From Somniosus microcephalus (Eukaryota), in the NCBI GenBank assembly GCA_052327205.1, contig CM126208.1:71362001-71426000 (forward strand): a stretch of DNA of 64,000 bases, in the 5' to 3' direction. Position numbers and translations under genes: made by a program. The notes under the pieces were generated by a model, which saw only the letters and a program-made list of their open reading frames with translations, did not search any database and was not told the DNA's origin. Each line of letters starts with the position of its first letter. Positions within the stretch are counted from its first letter, which is position 1. Shown here piece after piece: positions 1 through 11,757 of the stretch.

Positions 1-640
1 AAGGGGGGAGGGGTGGCGAGAAGGGGGGAGGGGTGGCGAGAAGGGGGGGAGGGGTGGCGAGAAGGGGGGGAGGGGTGGCGAGAAGGGGGGGAGGGGTGGC
101 GAGAAGGGGGGGAGGGGTGGCGAGAAGGGGGGGAGGGGTGGCGAGAAGGGGGGGAGGGGTGGCGAGAAGGGGGGGAGGGGTGGCGAGAAGGGGGGGAGGG
201 GTGGCGAGAAGGGGGGGAGGGGTGGCGAGAAGGGGGGGAGGGGTGGCGAGAAGGGGGGGAGGGGTGGCGAGAAGGGGGGGAGGGGTGGCGAGAAGGGGGG
301 GAGGGGTGGCGAGAAGGGGGGGAGGGGTGGCGAGAAGGGGGGGAGGGGTGGCGAGAAGGGGGGGAGGGGTGGCGAGAAGGGGGGGAGGGGTGGCGAGAAG
401 GGGGGGAGGGGTGGCGAGAAGGGGGGGAGGGGTGGCGAGAAGGGGGGGAGGGGTGGCGAGAAGGGGGGGAGGGGTGGCGAGAAGGGGGGGAGGGGTGGCG
501 AGAAGGGGGGGAGGGGTGGCGAGAAGGGGGGGGAGGGGGTGGCGAGAAGGGGGGGGAGGGGTGGCGAGAAGGGGGGGGCGGGGTGGCGAGAAGGGGGGGC
601 GGGGTGGCGAGAAGGGGGGAGGGGTGGCGAGAAGGGGGGA
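1..640. repeat. G-rich 21-bp minisatellite, unit AGAAGGGGGGGAGGGGTGGCG, about 30 copies, truncated by the window edge; lies in intron 1 of minus-strand gene A
   Basis: Near-perfect tandem units read directly; terminal units vary only in G-run length or A>C. Generates the spurious ORFs 13..978 and 33..941. Confidence 0.97.
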
Positions 641-861
641 GAGAGAAGCACCGGCCGCGCCGCCCCGCACTCCCGACAGCCCCGCTCTCCGAGCCCTGCC
701 CCGCACTCCCGAGACCCGCCCCGCCCCGCACTCCCGAGAGCCCCGCTCTCAGAGCTCCCCCCCCCCCTCCCCGCCTGAGCCGAGCGGGGAAGACAGAGAG
801 ACGTCGCATCTCAGCTGCGCGCGCACCCTGTGTATGTCCCGTGACCTTCCTGGCCGACGCC

Positions 862-875
862 GTTGCCCTGGGTAC
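862..875. promoter_or_regulatory. RFX X-box-like motif GTTGCCCTGGGTAC in intron 1 of gene A
   Basis: Imperfect palindrome resembling GTTGCCATGGCAAC, inside the CpG-rich region. Confidence 0.4.
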
Positions 876-916
876 CGTGACGGGGGGGGGGGGGGGGCGG
901 GGGAAGAGGAGCTTAC

Positions 917-1190
917 CAGAAGCCGTGGGACAATTACCTAGCTCGGGCGTGGCTGGGCAGGAGAGGCCCAGGCTTTGAGGCCTCGGTTCTGAGGCCTTAC
1001 AAAAACGGGGAAAGGTAGGAAAAAGAATCGTCAGGTTAGAGAAAATATTTACAAATGAATGAAGTTTTTTTTTTTAAAAGCAACTTAATAAAAGCAATTT
1101 TTTTTTTGCTGGAAATGTAGTTTTGAAAAGAAACACGCAAAAAGCGGGAAAAAGAATGGAATCAAGATGGCTGACACTCCCCTCGGTTCA
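917..1190 (-). other. Putative non-coding first exon of an unidentified minus-strand gene (gene A) that continues left out of the window
   Basis: Minus strand has 5' splice sites CTG|GTAAGC (exon end 917) and TAG|GTAATT (exon end 938), CpG-rich sequence at 650-990, and a YY1-type GCCATCTTG near the 5' end. TSS position is inferred. Confidence 0.65.
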
Positions 1191-1235
1191 AAACGATTTG
1201 GCCCGTCCACACACGCACCGATATATAAAAAAATG
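1160..1235 (-). promoter_or_regulatory. Core promoter of gene A: YY1-like motif (plus CAAGATGGCTG, 1163-1173), TTTGAA at about 1187-1192 and TATA-like TATATAT at about 1221-1228
   Basis: Motifs seen in sequence; function inferred from position upstream of the splice donors. Confidence 0.5.
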
Positions 1236-1240
1236 ACCTG

Positions 1241-2178
1241 CATATTGGAATACAGTAGAATTTCTAAATTTGCCGATGACACCAAACTTGGGGGTGTGGC
1301 AAATAGTGAGGATGATACCAATCAACTGCAACAAGACATAGAAAGGCTAGCAGAATGGGCAGACAAGTGGCAGATGGAATTTAATACAGAGTAGTGTGAG
1401 GTGATGCATTTTGCAGAAGGAACAGGGAGAGCCCATATACACTTAATGGCACAGTTTTAAAGAGTGTGCAGGGACAGAGGGACCTGGGAGTTAATGTGCA
1501 TAGGTCCCTGAAGGTGGTAGGATATATTGAGAGAGTCGTAAGCAAAGCATTTGGGATCTTGGGCTTCATAAATAGAGGTATTGAGTACAAAAGTAGAGAA
1601 GTTATGCTACACCTATATAAAGCGCTGGTTAGGCCACAACTGGAATATTGCGTCCAGTTCTGGTCACCACACTTCACGAAGGATGTGAAGGCCCTTGATG
1701 GGGTGCAGAGGAGATTTACCAGAATGGTTCTGGGGGTGGGCGATCTTAGCTACAAGGACAGGTTGGAGAAGCTGAAGTTGTTTTCATTAGCGCAAAGGAG
1801 GTTGAGGGGTGATTTGATAGAGGTGTACAAGATTATGACTTGTTTGGATAGGCTAGACAGGGAAAGGCTGTTCCCACTGCTTGATGGTAGGACTAGGGGA
1901 CACAAATTTAAGGTTTTGGGTAAGAGATAGAGGGGGGATGTGAGGGAAAACTTTTTACGCAGTGAGTGGCGAGGACCTGGAACTCGCTGCCGACGGAAGT
2001 GGTGGAAGCGGAGACACTCAATGTTTTCAAGGGGAGACTGGATAGGCACTTGAGGGAAATAAACTTGCAGGGTTACGGGGATAGAGCGGGGGAATGGGAC
2101 TGACTGGATTGCTCTACAGAGAGCCGGCACGGACTCGATGGGCCGAATGGCCTTCTTCTGTGCCATTATGACTCTATA
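1241..2178 (+). mobile_element. 5'-truncated CR1-clade LINE (RT C-terminal half plus 3' UTR)
   Basis: Peptides [54 protein letters not shown]; CR1 tail ...GATGGGCCGAATGGCCT...ATGACTCTAT; frameshifted. Same subfamily as 31680-32808. Confidence 0.95.
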
Positions 2179-3599
2179 CTGCTTCCACTATAAAGCAGCA
2201 TATTTCACTGATGGAGGCAAAGGACTGCAACTAAGGTTTAGTGAGAAGTTTTCTCAGTGGCATTTTGCAATCTTCGCCATTATATATTCTGATGATGTCA
2301 GGTTCTGTTCAGATGTGTGGAGGTACCCGATCGACAACATGGGGCTGATATAAGCTTCTTGGGACATGTTCTCTGTAAAGTGAGCTATACAAATACAAAC
2401 ACTTGTTATATGAAATATGTGTCTCTCAGAATGGATTCTGAATCAGCAATGTGAATTTTAAACTTAGACCAACACACCCCTCTGTTGACTTAGGCTGGAG
2501 GGCGAGGCTGTGGCAAAATTCTTGCTAGACCACTGAGCAATTCAACCTGAGAGAGGAGCTAACTTCCATTCTCTCAACATTCATATATAGATCCCCAAAA
2601 AAATATCCAAACAAGTATAATCACTTTGCTTATTCTGTCTACTGATAGCAACATGCAAAAGAATGGAAAAACACTTGAACCAATACACTTCAATGTTGGG
2701 CAATGTCTTGGGTGTAACATTGAATTCAATGCTTGAAACTCCTCCCACTGCGCACTGTGGTTTTCAAACCTGTAGGAGCTAACCCTAATGTAACATACCC
2801 CTGGGGACCTCCTATCCTAACTTCATAAAGATGCCATCAACTACACAAAACAGCGTTATCAGAGCAAACGATGATTTTTATTAAAAGATATACAGTTTAA
2901 ATAAAATCAGAGTACATCAACAAATACAGAAAATACAGAACTATGATGGATTAACGAAATCTAACCTGAGGGGGAGGGGGTCTGAAATCCCTTCGGGTTT
3001 GGTAATCCTAATTTGAAAATACATGTCCAAGTATTATAAACCTTCAAATGGTGTGTCCAGCCAAACTAAGTGCACACAGAATTAAAATCCCACTCACCAA
3101 GCACTGTGCTCTACTGAAGCTCTCAAGTAAAAACTTGCAGGAAAAATATCATATGCCCACCATTACTGAGTGACAAGACTAGGAATGATTATTAAAATAG
3201 TGGTCATTTCCACAGTGCTTGTGTGTGTTTTAAGTTCTTACAGTATACATTCATTTTTATTAACACTATCCAACCGATCGTATGTGTACAGCAAACCATT
3301 TAAGCAGAGGATCTATTTTGTGTTTTCCAGTGTACTTGTAAATAAATTAACTGCTTCCATTCTCAATTACTTGATGAGTTGTAATTATTTAGGATTTTTT
3401 GCCAATCATTTTTGTTGTCTTTTCATTAATGAGATGCACCATGAAGAGAATGAGGATTAAGGGTAAACAGCGAGGCTTAATGCTGCTGAATACTGATGGA
3501 ATAATCAATATCCTACAAGTGTTGAATCAGAATTCTCCCTTTCAAAGACACTTCACTTTATTATGAAAATGTGCTTTCAGGTTAAAACGACTGCAGTTT

Positions 3600-3910
3600 T
3601 GTCCCAATCTCCACTGAGTTAGCTGATCTCAATGACGTCAATGGTTGGGAATGCTAAAACTGGCATCAGAAAATTGGCTTGGGAGGGGGCAGGTGATAAA
3701 TTAAGTCAGTCACACTAAGTATTCTGGATTACTATCTAATGTCAGGACATCAGGTGAGGACAGGGTCAAGTCTGGCTGAGATACCTACTATTTTTGAATA
3801 CTTGTCGACACTCACAAATGAAGAATAGCCACCGAGGTGAGATATTGGAGTGGTTGCTAATGCCTGTTGAACCATACGCCACTGTGAGTCAGCGCATTCA
3901 GGAAGGGAAA
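3600..3910 (+). mobile_element. Degenerate AmnSINE2-like SINE (related copies near 4620-4940, 8520-8870, 36880-37060, 50845-51140, 56930-57005, 63760-63990)
   Basis: Recurrent motifs GAGTTAGCTGATCTCA, GGTGAGGACAGG, TGAAGAATRGCC shared between copies; family name from memory of the consensus. Confidence 0.5.
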
Positions 3911-4759
3911 ATTAGAAAACAAAAAGACTGCACAAAACATCAATCACAAATGCCAACCTTGAGGCACAAGGGACATCTGGTTGGTGATCCAATGCACAGT
4001 ACCACATAGTAAGGTTTCAATCTATTTCATGCTTCCAGGAGGCAGTTCTCAACAGAGACGAGGTTTTCTAGAAATAGTCTGTGCTGGCGCCAGTATTCCC
4101 AATTGCCACTCTCCATGTTTAAGTTAAAAATAAATACAATAAAGTTGTCATTTTACACTACTGTTTTATTTTGAATCTCTTACAACAAATATATTTTCAA
4201 AAGGATTAATACAGATACAGAACAATGGTTCAATGTTTTTAAGATTGACTTCCCTGATTATTTTAAAAATCATCACTTGTTTCTCTGTTCTTCCCCTCCT
4301 CCCAACACCAATGGCTGATTAGTAAATGCGCTACTTACAGGAGTTAGGCTATAGACTTACAGTAACTACTGTAAATAACAAATTCCATTTTTATTAACAA
4401 GGACTGCAGGATTTTAACTGGTGTTTTGGGACGCACATTCCTCATTTCGGTTGTTTTTCCATGAAAACCAAAAACCAATTGCCTTGGCAACAATTAATTC
4501 AAACTTGGGAAGGTTTAATACTATTAACACAGCTGCCATTTATGGAAGCAGGAGTTAGTCATTCAGCCCTTCTAGCCTGTTCCGCCATTCTATTAGATCA
4601 TGGCTGATGTGTATCTGTTTGAGTGAGCAGAGGGCATAATGAGCCTCAGCCTTGTGGCTAGAGTGGGGGGAATGGAACGCTTGTCAGGGTTCCAGCACCT
4701 CTGTTGGACGAGGACAGGATCAAAATACCTCTAAAGCCCCCCAACACCATCGTCAAATA

Positions 4760-4900
4760 ACAATCTGATGAAGGGTCCCAGACCTGAAACGTTAACGCTG
4801 TTTCTCTCTCTACGGATGCTGCCTGGCTTGCTGAGTTTTTCCAGCATTTTCTGTTGTTATTTCAGATTTCCAACATCCGCAGTATTTTGCTATTATACTG
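4760..4900 (+). mobile_element. Short Penelope-like element terminus with minimal hammerhead core, flanked by a 10-bp target-site duplication
   Basis: CTGATGA(4765-4771)-AGGGTC CCA GACCT-GAAACGTT followed by the family tail ...GATGCTGCCTG...CCAGCATTTTCTG...TTCAGATTTCC; TCGTCAAATA repeated at 4750-4759 and 4901-4910. Confidence 0.8.
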
Positions 4901-5140
4901 TCGTCAAATAGTTCACTGATATTACCCAGGCTCACACGAAGAATTTAACACATTGTGAAGCACTGCTACTTCCTGTGCACTCTACTTCTGCACAAATGAC
5001 TGAGAAAAATGACGTGGAAGGCAACAGGAGAAGAAATTGAAAAGCAAATAAAGAAACTATACTTGCAACATTGATTCTATGAACATTCCTCCAATTAAAG
5101 GACCTGTATTACATAAATTTAAGACAGCTGCAGCATGAAC

Positions 5141-5146
5141 TTTATT
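5141..5146 (-). terminator. Candidate polyadenylation signal AATAAA for gene B (further candidates at 4165-4170 and 2877-2882)
   Basis: Plus-strand TTTATT about 340 nt downstream of the putative stop at 5489. Confidence 0.45.
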
Positions 5147-5488
5147 CCTTCAATTAAAACAAAAAGTGAGGTATTCACTAACACAATTCCATGACTCACT
5201 CATCAAGCAGGTGCCATCAATGCACCGACTTCTCCTCTCCTTCAACCAAGTGACCAACAAGGTCGCCTCCTTATATGTTCGGTCCCCTCAGGGAATACGG
5301 TTATTGGCCCGGTCATCAAAGTGTGCCAAACTGTGCAATTGTACGAGAACCTCAATGTATGTATCCACAAGGGCCATGTCACCATAACACAACGACAGAT
5401 GCTTTTACACTGCGCTAGTGCTACCAGGTTCATCAAACACAGGTTTGCAAAGTTGGATCAAAGCCAAAAGTAATTCTCCACGAACTTG

Positions 5489-5716
5489 CTAAGAAGAGCA
5501 GTGGCCCGGATGACCTGCTAAAAGAGGGTCTTCATTGCAGGCGATCTTCGTGAATTCTGGCAGTTTTACATTTCGTTTGTAGCCGGCTGCACAAAACCAG
5601 TGCTTGGAAAACCCAGCAGCACAAGCACAAATCTCAGGCAATATAAATGCAGCTCGTGCGATCATGTGTGTATTGTACTGTGAGCTGAGGAACTGCATGA
5701 ATTTTTTTGTATAATA
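5489..5716 (-). CDS. Putative terminal coding exon of unidentified gene B: YYTKKFMQFLSSQYNTHMIARAAFILPEICACAAGFSKHWFCAAGYKRNVKLPEFTKIACNEDPLLAGHPGHCSS*
   Basis: Acceptor TTTATTTTTATATTGTACAG| at 5717-5718, 75 open codons of unique sequence, downstream AATAAA. No family recognised. Confidence 0.45.
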   Translation of the reverse strand, partial: YYTKKFMQFLSSQYNTHMIARAAFILPEICACAAGFSKHWFCAAGYKRNVKLPEFTKIACNEDPLLAGHPGHCSS

Positions 5717-7179
5717 CTGTACAATATAAAAATAAATCACAGAAAAACTCTGCGAAACAAATCTCTGTATAGGTAACATTTTAAATAAAGGTCTACTGTG
5801 TAAAAATTATCTGAGAGTGATCTGATGGAGGAGTTCAAAATAACAATGGGAATTGACTGGGTAGATAGGGAACGGTTCTTCCCTCTGGTAGAGGAATCCA
5901 GAGCAAGTGGCCATAACATTAGCATTTGGGTCAGGCTGGTTAAAAGTAAATCCAGGGAAAACTTTCATGAGGAAGGTTGCAAGAATGGGGAACCACTGCC
6001 CCCATCTCAAAAATAACATCGAAGTTAGTTTATCTATTAGTTTAAGAATCTGGAATATTTGAGAAACATCTCCCCCTGAGCCTTCTCTTCAGCGTCTGAG
6101 AAGAGTTTGGTTGCCCTCTTCTGCACTGCCTCCAACGTGCAAATGTCCTCGTTATGTACAATGACCACAATTGTACACCGTAGTCCAGGTGTGGTCTTGC
6201 CATATTCATCCCAGTGCCACACATTCGGTGATGGTGATCTACCCCTCGGGCTATTCAGCCCAATCAACACTTACATTTTCTTACTGTTGGTTTCATTGAG
6301 CTAGCCATCAATATTCTTAGTTCCCACTTGCTAATGTCGAAAATCTACAGGAATTTACTTTATAACTCAATTAAAATCCTACCCTAATCTCACTGAGGGA
6401 TATGGTACTGCATGAACAACCCAGAGGTTGTGAATTCAAATCATTACCACGGCAATTTGGGAAAGTGGATTCAATAAATCTGGTAATTTATTTTATCCAT
6501 ACTCAGGATGAGGAAATCACTGGCAAGGCCGGCAATTCTTGTCCATTCCTCGTTGGTGGGACAACTTTTGCTAGCAGTTTGGTACGACCGAGTAGCTAGC
6601 TAGGGCAGATGGCAGTTAAGGGTCAACAACGTTGGTATGGGACTGGAGTCACATACAAGGACAGCAGGTTTCCGTCCCTAAAACAACATTAGTGAACCAG
6701 TTGGGTTTTTACAACAATCCGACAGCGTTTTATTTGAAACCAGAATCAAATTCTTAAACTGTCATGGTGAGATTTGAACTCACTTTCTGTATTATTAAAC
6801 CAGGCCTCTAGATTACTTGTACAGTAACATAACCACTGCACTGTTATACCCTTGTATGTGAACTGGCACCAGAAAATGACACTGAAAGCTGCTGGATTGT
6901 TTTAGAAACTCAACTCGTTTTAGGGGAGGGAACTTCTCACCCCTACCTGTCTGGTCTACATGCGACTCCAAGCACACTATGAGGTTGACGCTTAATGTCC
7001 TCATAGCAACTGGGATGGGAAATAATGTCCGCACAGCAACTGGGATGGGCAATAAATACTGCCTTGCCAGTGTTGCCGACATCCCAAGAACAGAAATATT
7101 AAAAATGACCTTACATTTAATGCATTTTTCCACATAACTAGATCTCTGCATTTAGTTACCCCTTCCCTGTTTGAACAAG

Positions 7180-7720
7180 CCCAATTTGGTGACATCTGTA
7201 AACACAGATATCTTTGTTTTTGTTTCAAGCTTCAAATCATACACAGTGCACAGCAGTGGCCCAGCACTAATCTGTGGGACCCTGCTGGCGATTCCTTGTC
7301 ATATCGACGCAGCTCCATTCACAACCACTCTTCGCTTTCTCCAGTTTAACCAATTTTCGATTGATTTCAGAAGCGTGCCTCGTAGCCCAGGTCTTCCTAT
7401 CTTATGGACCAATTGCTTATTTGGCATGGTATCAAAAACATTGCTGAAACCTGAATACATCAGTGACACAAGTTCTGTTTTTAAAAATTCTGTAATTTCC
7501 TTTAAGACCTTCATTTCATGAATGCACACTTATTCCCACTTTCCGTACCATATCTATCTCTGTTTCATTTTCCCTCTTACAGAATAACTTTGAATACTTT
7601 CCCCATGACAGATGTTAGACACGCTGGCCTGTATTACCCTTTTTTAAAGATTAGTGTTCTGCTAGCTACTATCCAATCCTCAGGCACTAATCCCATTTCT
7701 CATGATTCTCTAAAGATAGT
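7180..7720 (-). mobile_element. Old degenerate CR1 fragment
   Basis: Remnant peptide FSNVFDTMPNKQLVHKI...IENWLNWRKRRVVVNG. Confidence 0.75.
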
Positions 7721-9294
7721 GGGGTGGAAATTCAAGTTGCCAACATACCCAATAATCTATTAAGGGTGAATATAAAATGACCCAGAATCCTATTTTCAGA
7801 AGCAGTATTGTTTGCCCAGTTGAAAAGGATATGACAACATTTGTTAACAACTTGGATAAGTAGATCATCAGAAAATGAACAGCCCTTAGGCACAGCTAGC
7901 CCAACACCATAACAGATTAATCCCATCTATCCATCTTCACACCGTATCCCTCAGTCACTTCAGAAATACATTCAACTGCCTCGAACCCTTTTATACTGTC
8001 CCTTTCAATCACCAGCCCCGGTAACTCGTTACACAAGTCCATGACTCTTCAGGTAAAAACATTCCATCTGACTTTCTTTCTTAGTCTTAACTTCCTCATT
8101 TTTAACTTGAGTCTGAAACCTTTGCTGTTGAACAATTCAAGTCAATCAATTTAGCAAATTTCCTTCAGAAACATGAAAACTTGAATAACCACAGTCTCCT
8201 CTTCTACATAGAAAACCCAACTTCTCCAACCTTTCTTAAAACAAACTACCAATTCCTGTAGTTATCTTCGTCGGTAAGGTGAAAAAGCAAAATCAGGGAT
8301 ATTAGTGGAAAACTATCTTCACACTGTATGGCAACAGTTGGGAACACAACACATCTTGAAAGTGCAAATCGACAAGGATGTGACACTCAACATAAAAGCA
8401 TTAGTGGAAAACAATGAGCATGGTGAGGAGCTGTGGTTATCCCAATTACGAAAGTAAGGGAGCTGAAAAGAACTCAAAATTCAGTATGGATGAAATCAGG
8501 CCTTTGGTTTTATTCCAGTTATCTCCTCTCTTCTGAATTGCTTACTCTTCCAAGAGCACAGTTCCAGGGCTGGGGCATTCCAGCACCTGGTCCAAGTGAC
8601 CCCATTCTTCATGCATGAACTTTAACAGGGGCTGTTAGCAACCTATTCCACAGAGAAGGCAACACCAGCCAAGACAAATCTTGACCTCATAGGAGCAGTT
8701 TCCAGTAGGAGTCACTGGACAGTAAGCAGGATTGGGAACCCTGGCTGAATTTTGTCCCTCCCTAGCCGAGATGGGCTCAGGCCAATTATAACATCCCAGA
8801 ATTGGAACTTGGGCTTAGATCAATCAAGTCAGCACAGACTTTCTGGTTGATGTGGCACTTGAGCATCTTCACTCAGGAAGCCATCACCAAAGTTGAATTA
8901 ATCTTAACAGTGAATTGTAAGTAATTTAATTTTCACATTGAAACTGATATCGGAAGACAAGAGTGATGAATCGAGGAGCGTGCAGGCTTCATTAAAGACT
9001 GACTGCGAAATGAGGCAATTTGATGACGGGTAAGCTGCTGTAGCAGGACCATAGAAAATTAGTACAGGGTAACTACTGCCTGGTCACCCTCTCCAAGTAC
9101 ACGACAGAGGAAAAAAAATCACACTTGTGCTAAAACGCTTTGATGTTGCGGACTTCTCTTAATTCATTATCTCAAATTGGCTCGACCACTTGTGTAACTA
9201 CCAAGGTATCATCCTAGTGAGCAACGGGTCAAACTCCATAATTGTACCATTGGGTGTTTTTCACAAATCAAGTGGACGCCACACACATCAGCAT

Positions 9295-9568
9295 ATAGTT
9301 TTTCTTGAGCACATAATCTAGGCTGACACTTCAGTGCAGTATTGGGGGAGTTGCCATCTTTCAGATGAGATGTTAAATTGAGGGCCCATCCGCTGTCTTA
9401 CATGGATGTAAAAGAACACACAGTATTTTTTTTTTTTAAAGAGCTGGGGAGTTCTCCCTGTTGTCCTGGCTGACATTTATCCTTCAACCAACACCACCAA
9501 AATAGATTTTTGGTTATTAATCTCATTGCTGTTTGTGGTACCTTGCTGTACACAAATTGGCTACCGAG
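9295..9568 (+). mobile_element. SacSINE1/DeuSINE-like SINE, 3' part missing at the LINE insertion
   Basis: Colinear with the full copy at 36073-36535 up to ...CAAATTGGCT. Confidence 0.8.
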
Positions 9569-9574
9569 TTTTAT

Positions 9575-11757
9575 TTTTATTCGTTTATGGGATGTGGGCG
9601 TCGCTGGCAAGGCCCGCATTTATTGCCCATCCCTAATTGCCCTCAAGAAGATGGTGGTGAGCCGCATTCTTGAACCGCTGCAGCCCGTGTGGCGAAGGGA
9701 GCCCCGACAGTGCTGTTAGGGAGGGAGTTCCAGGATCTTGACTCAGTGACGATGAAGGATCAGCGATATACTTAAATAGAAACATAGAAGATAGGAGCAG
9801 GAGCAGGCCATGCGGCCCCTCGAGCCTGCTCCGCCATTCAATGAGATCATGGCTGATCATCCAAATTCAATACCCTGTCCCTGCTTTCTCCCCATATCCC
9901 TTGATCCCTTTAGCCTTAAGAAATATAGCTAACTCCTTCTTGAATATATTTAAAATGAATTGGCCTCAACTGCCTTGTGTGGTAGAGAATTCCACAGGTT
10001 CACCACTCTCTGGGTGAAGAAATTCCTCCTCATCTCAGTCCTAAATGGCTTACCCCTTATCCTTAGACTGTGACCCCTGGTTCTGGACGCCCCGACCATC
10101 GGGAACATCCTTCCTGCATCTAGTCTGTCTAGTCCTGTTAGAATTTTATAAGTTTCAATGAGATCCCCTCAATCTTCTAAACTCCAGCGAGTATAAGCCC
10201 AATTGACCCAATCTCCCCTCATACGTCATTCCTGCCATCCCAGGTATCAGTCTGGTGAATCTTTGCTGCACTCCCTCCATGGCGAGAACATCCTTCCTCA
10301 GATAAGGCGACCAAAACTGCACACAATACTCAAGGTGTGGTCTCACCAAGGCCCTGTACAACTGCAGCAAGACATCCTTGTTCCTGGACTCGAACCCTCT
10401 CGCTGCGAAGGCCAACATACCATTTGCCTTCTTAACCGCCTGCTGCACCTGCATGCTTATCTTCAGCGACTGGTGCACAAGGACACCCAGCTCTCTTTGC
10501 ACTTCCCCTTCTCCCAATCTATTGCCGTTCAGATAATAATCTGCCTTCCTGTTCTTGACACCAAAGTGGATAACCTCGCATTTATCCATGTTATATTGCA
10601 TCTGCCATGCTTCTGCCCAATCACCCAACCTGTCCAAATCATACTGGAGTTTCTTGGCATCCTCCTCACAGCACACACACCCACCCAGCTTTGTGTCGTC
10701 TGCAAACTTGGAGATATTACATCTAGTTCCCTTGTCCAGATCATTAATATATATTGTGAATTGCTGGGGTCTTGGGACCAATCCCTGCAGTACCCCACTA
10801 GTCACTGCCTGCCACTCGGAAAAAGACTCGTTTATTCCAACTCTTTGCTTTCTATCTGCCAACCAGTTCTCTATCCAAGTCAATACCTTGCCCCCAATCC
10901 CATGTGCCTTAACTTTACACACTAACCTCTTAGTCAGGATGGTGTGTGACTTGGAGGGGAACTTGGAGGTGGTGGTGCTCCCATGCGCCTGCTGCCCTTG
11001 TCCTTCTAGGTGGAAGAGGTCGCAGGTTTGGGAGGTGCTGCCGAAGAAGCCTTGGAAAGTTGCTGCAGTGCATCTTGTAGATGGTACACACTGCAGCCAC
11101 GGTGCGCTGGTGGTGGAGGGAGCGGATGTTTAAGGTGGTGGATGGGATGCCAATCAAGCGGGCTGCTTTGTCCTGGATGGTGTCAAGCTTCTTGATGTTA
11201 TTGGAGCTGCACTCATCCAGGCAAGTGGAGAGTATTCCATCACACTCCTTATTTGTGCCTTGTAGATGGTGGAAAGACTTTGGGGAGTCAGGAGGTGAGA
11301 CACTTGCTGCAGGATACCTAGCCTCTGACCTGCTCTTGTTGCCACAGTATTTATATGGCTGGTCCAGTTAAGTTTCTGGTTAATGGTGACCCCCCAGAAT
11401 GTTGATGGTGGGGGCTTCAGCGATGGTAATGCCGTTGAATGTCCAGGGGCAGTGGTTAAACGCTCGATTGTTGGAGATAGTCTTTGCCTGGCACTTGTGT
11501 GGTGCGAATGTTACCTGCCACTTATCAGCCCAAGCCTGAATTTCATTCAAGTCTTGTTGCATGCGGGCATAGACTGCTTTGTTATCTGAGGAGCTGCGAA
11601 TGGCACTGAACACTGTGCAGTCTTCGGTGAACATCCCAATTTCTGGCCTTATGTTGGAGGGAAGATCATCGATGAAGCAGCTGAAGATGGTTGGGCCGAG
11701 GACACTGCCCTGAGGAACTCCTGCAGCGATGTCCTGGGGCTGTGATGATTGACCTCC
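9575..11757 (-). mobile_element. CR1/L2-group LINE (second family), 5'-truncated, split by a nested CR1 at 9777-10930
   Basis: GVPQGSVLGPTIFSCFIDDLP, WADKWQVTFAPHKCQA, LSTIYKAQIRSVMEYSPLAW; 3' tail at 9575-9640; sequence resumes after 10930. Confidence 0.9.
9777..10930 (-). mobile_element. Young 5'-truncated CR1 LINE nested in the second-family LINE
   Basis: 255-aa RT ORF 10155..10922 ([26 protein letters not shown]); tail TAGAAACATAGAAGATAGGAGC shared with the copies at 21348 and 42856. Confidence 0.95.

Noticed and set aside
1-640. CRISPR-like or telomeric array (also 61515-61609)
   Set aside because: Units are contiguous with no unique spacers, no cas genes, eukaryotic context, and not TTAGGG.
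13-978. 321-aa and 302-aa repetitive ORFs (WREGGEG / VARRGGG)
   Set aside because: Translations of a 21-bp stop-free minisatellite with no ATG start; antisense to an intron.
5285-5320. SECIS-like ATGA...AA...GA on the minus strand of the putative 3' UTR
   Set aside because: Helix too short and bulged for canonical SECIS geometry.
7790-7876. C/D box snoRNA candidates on minus (also 48559-48613 and 50234-50290)
   Set aside because: Imperfect C box or too short, weak terminal stems, no rRNA/snRNA-complementary guide that I could recognise.
10203-11133. Long plus-strand ORFs (also 17489..18148, 21774..22310, 43552..44691)
   Set aside because: Antisense shadows of CR1 reverse transcriptase sequence.
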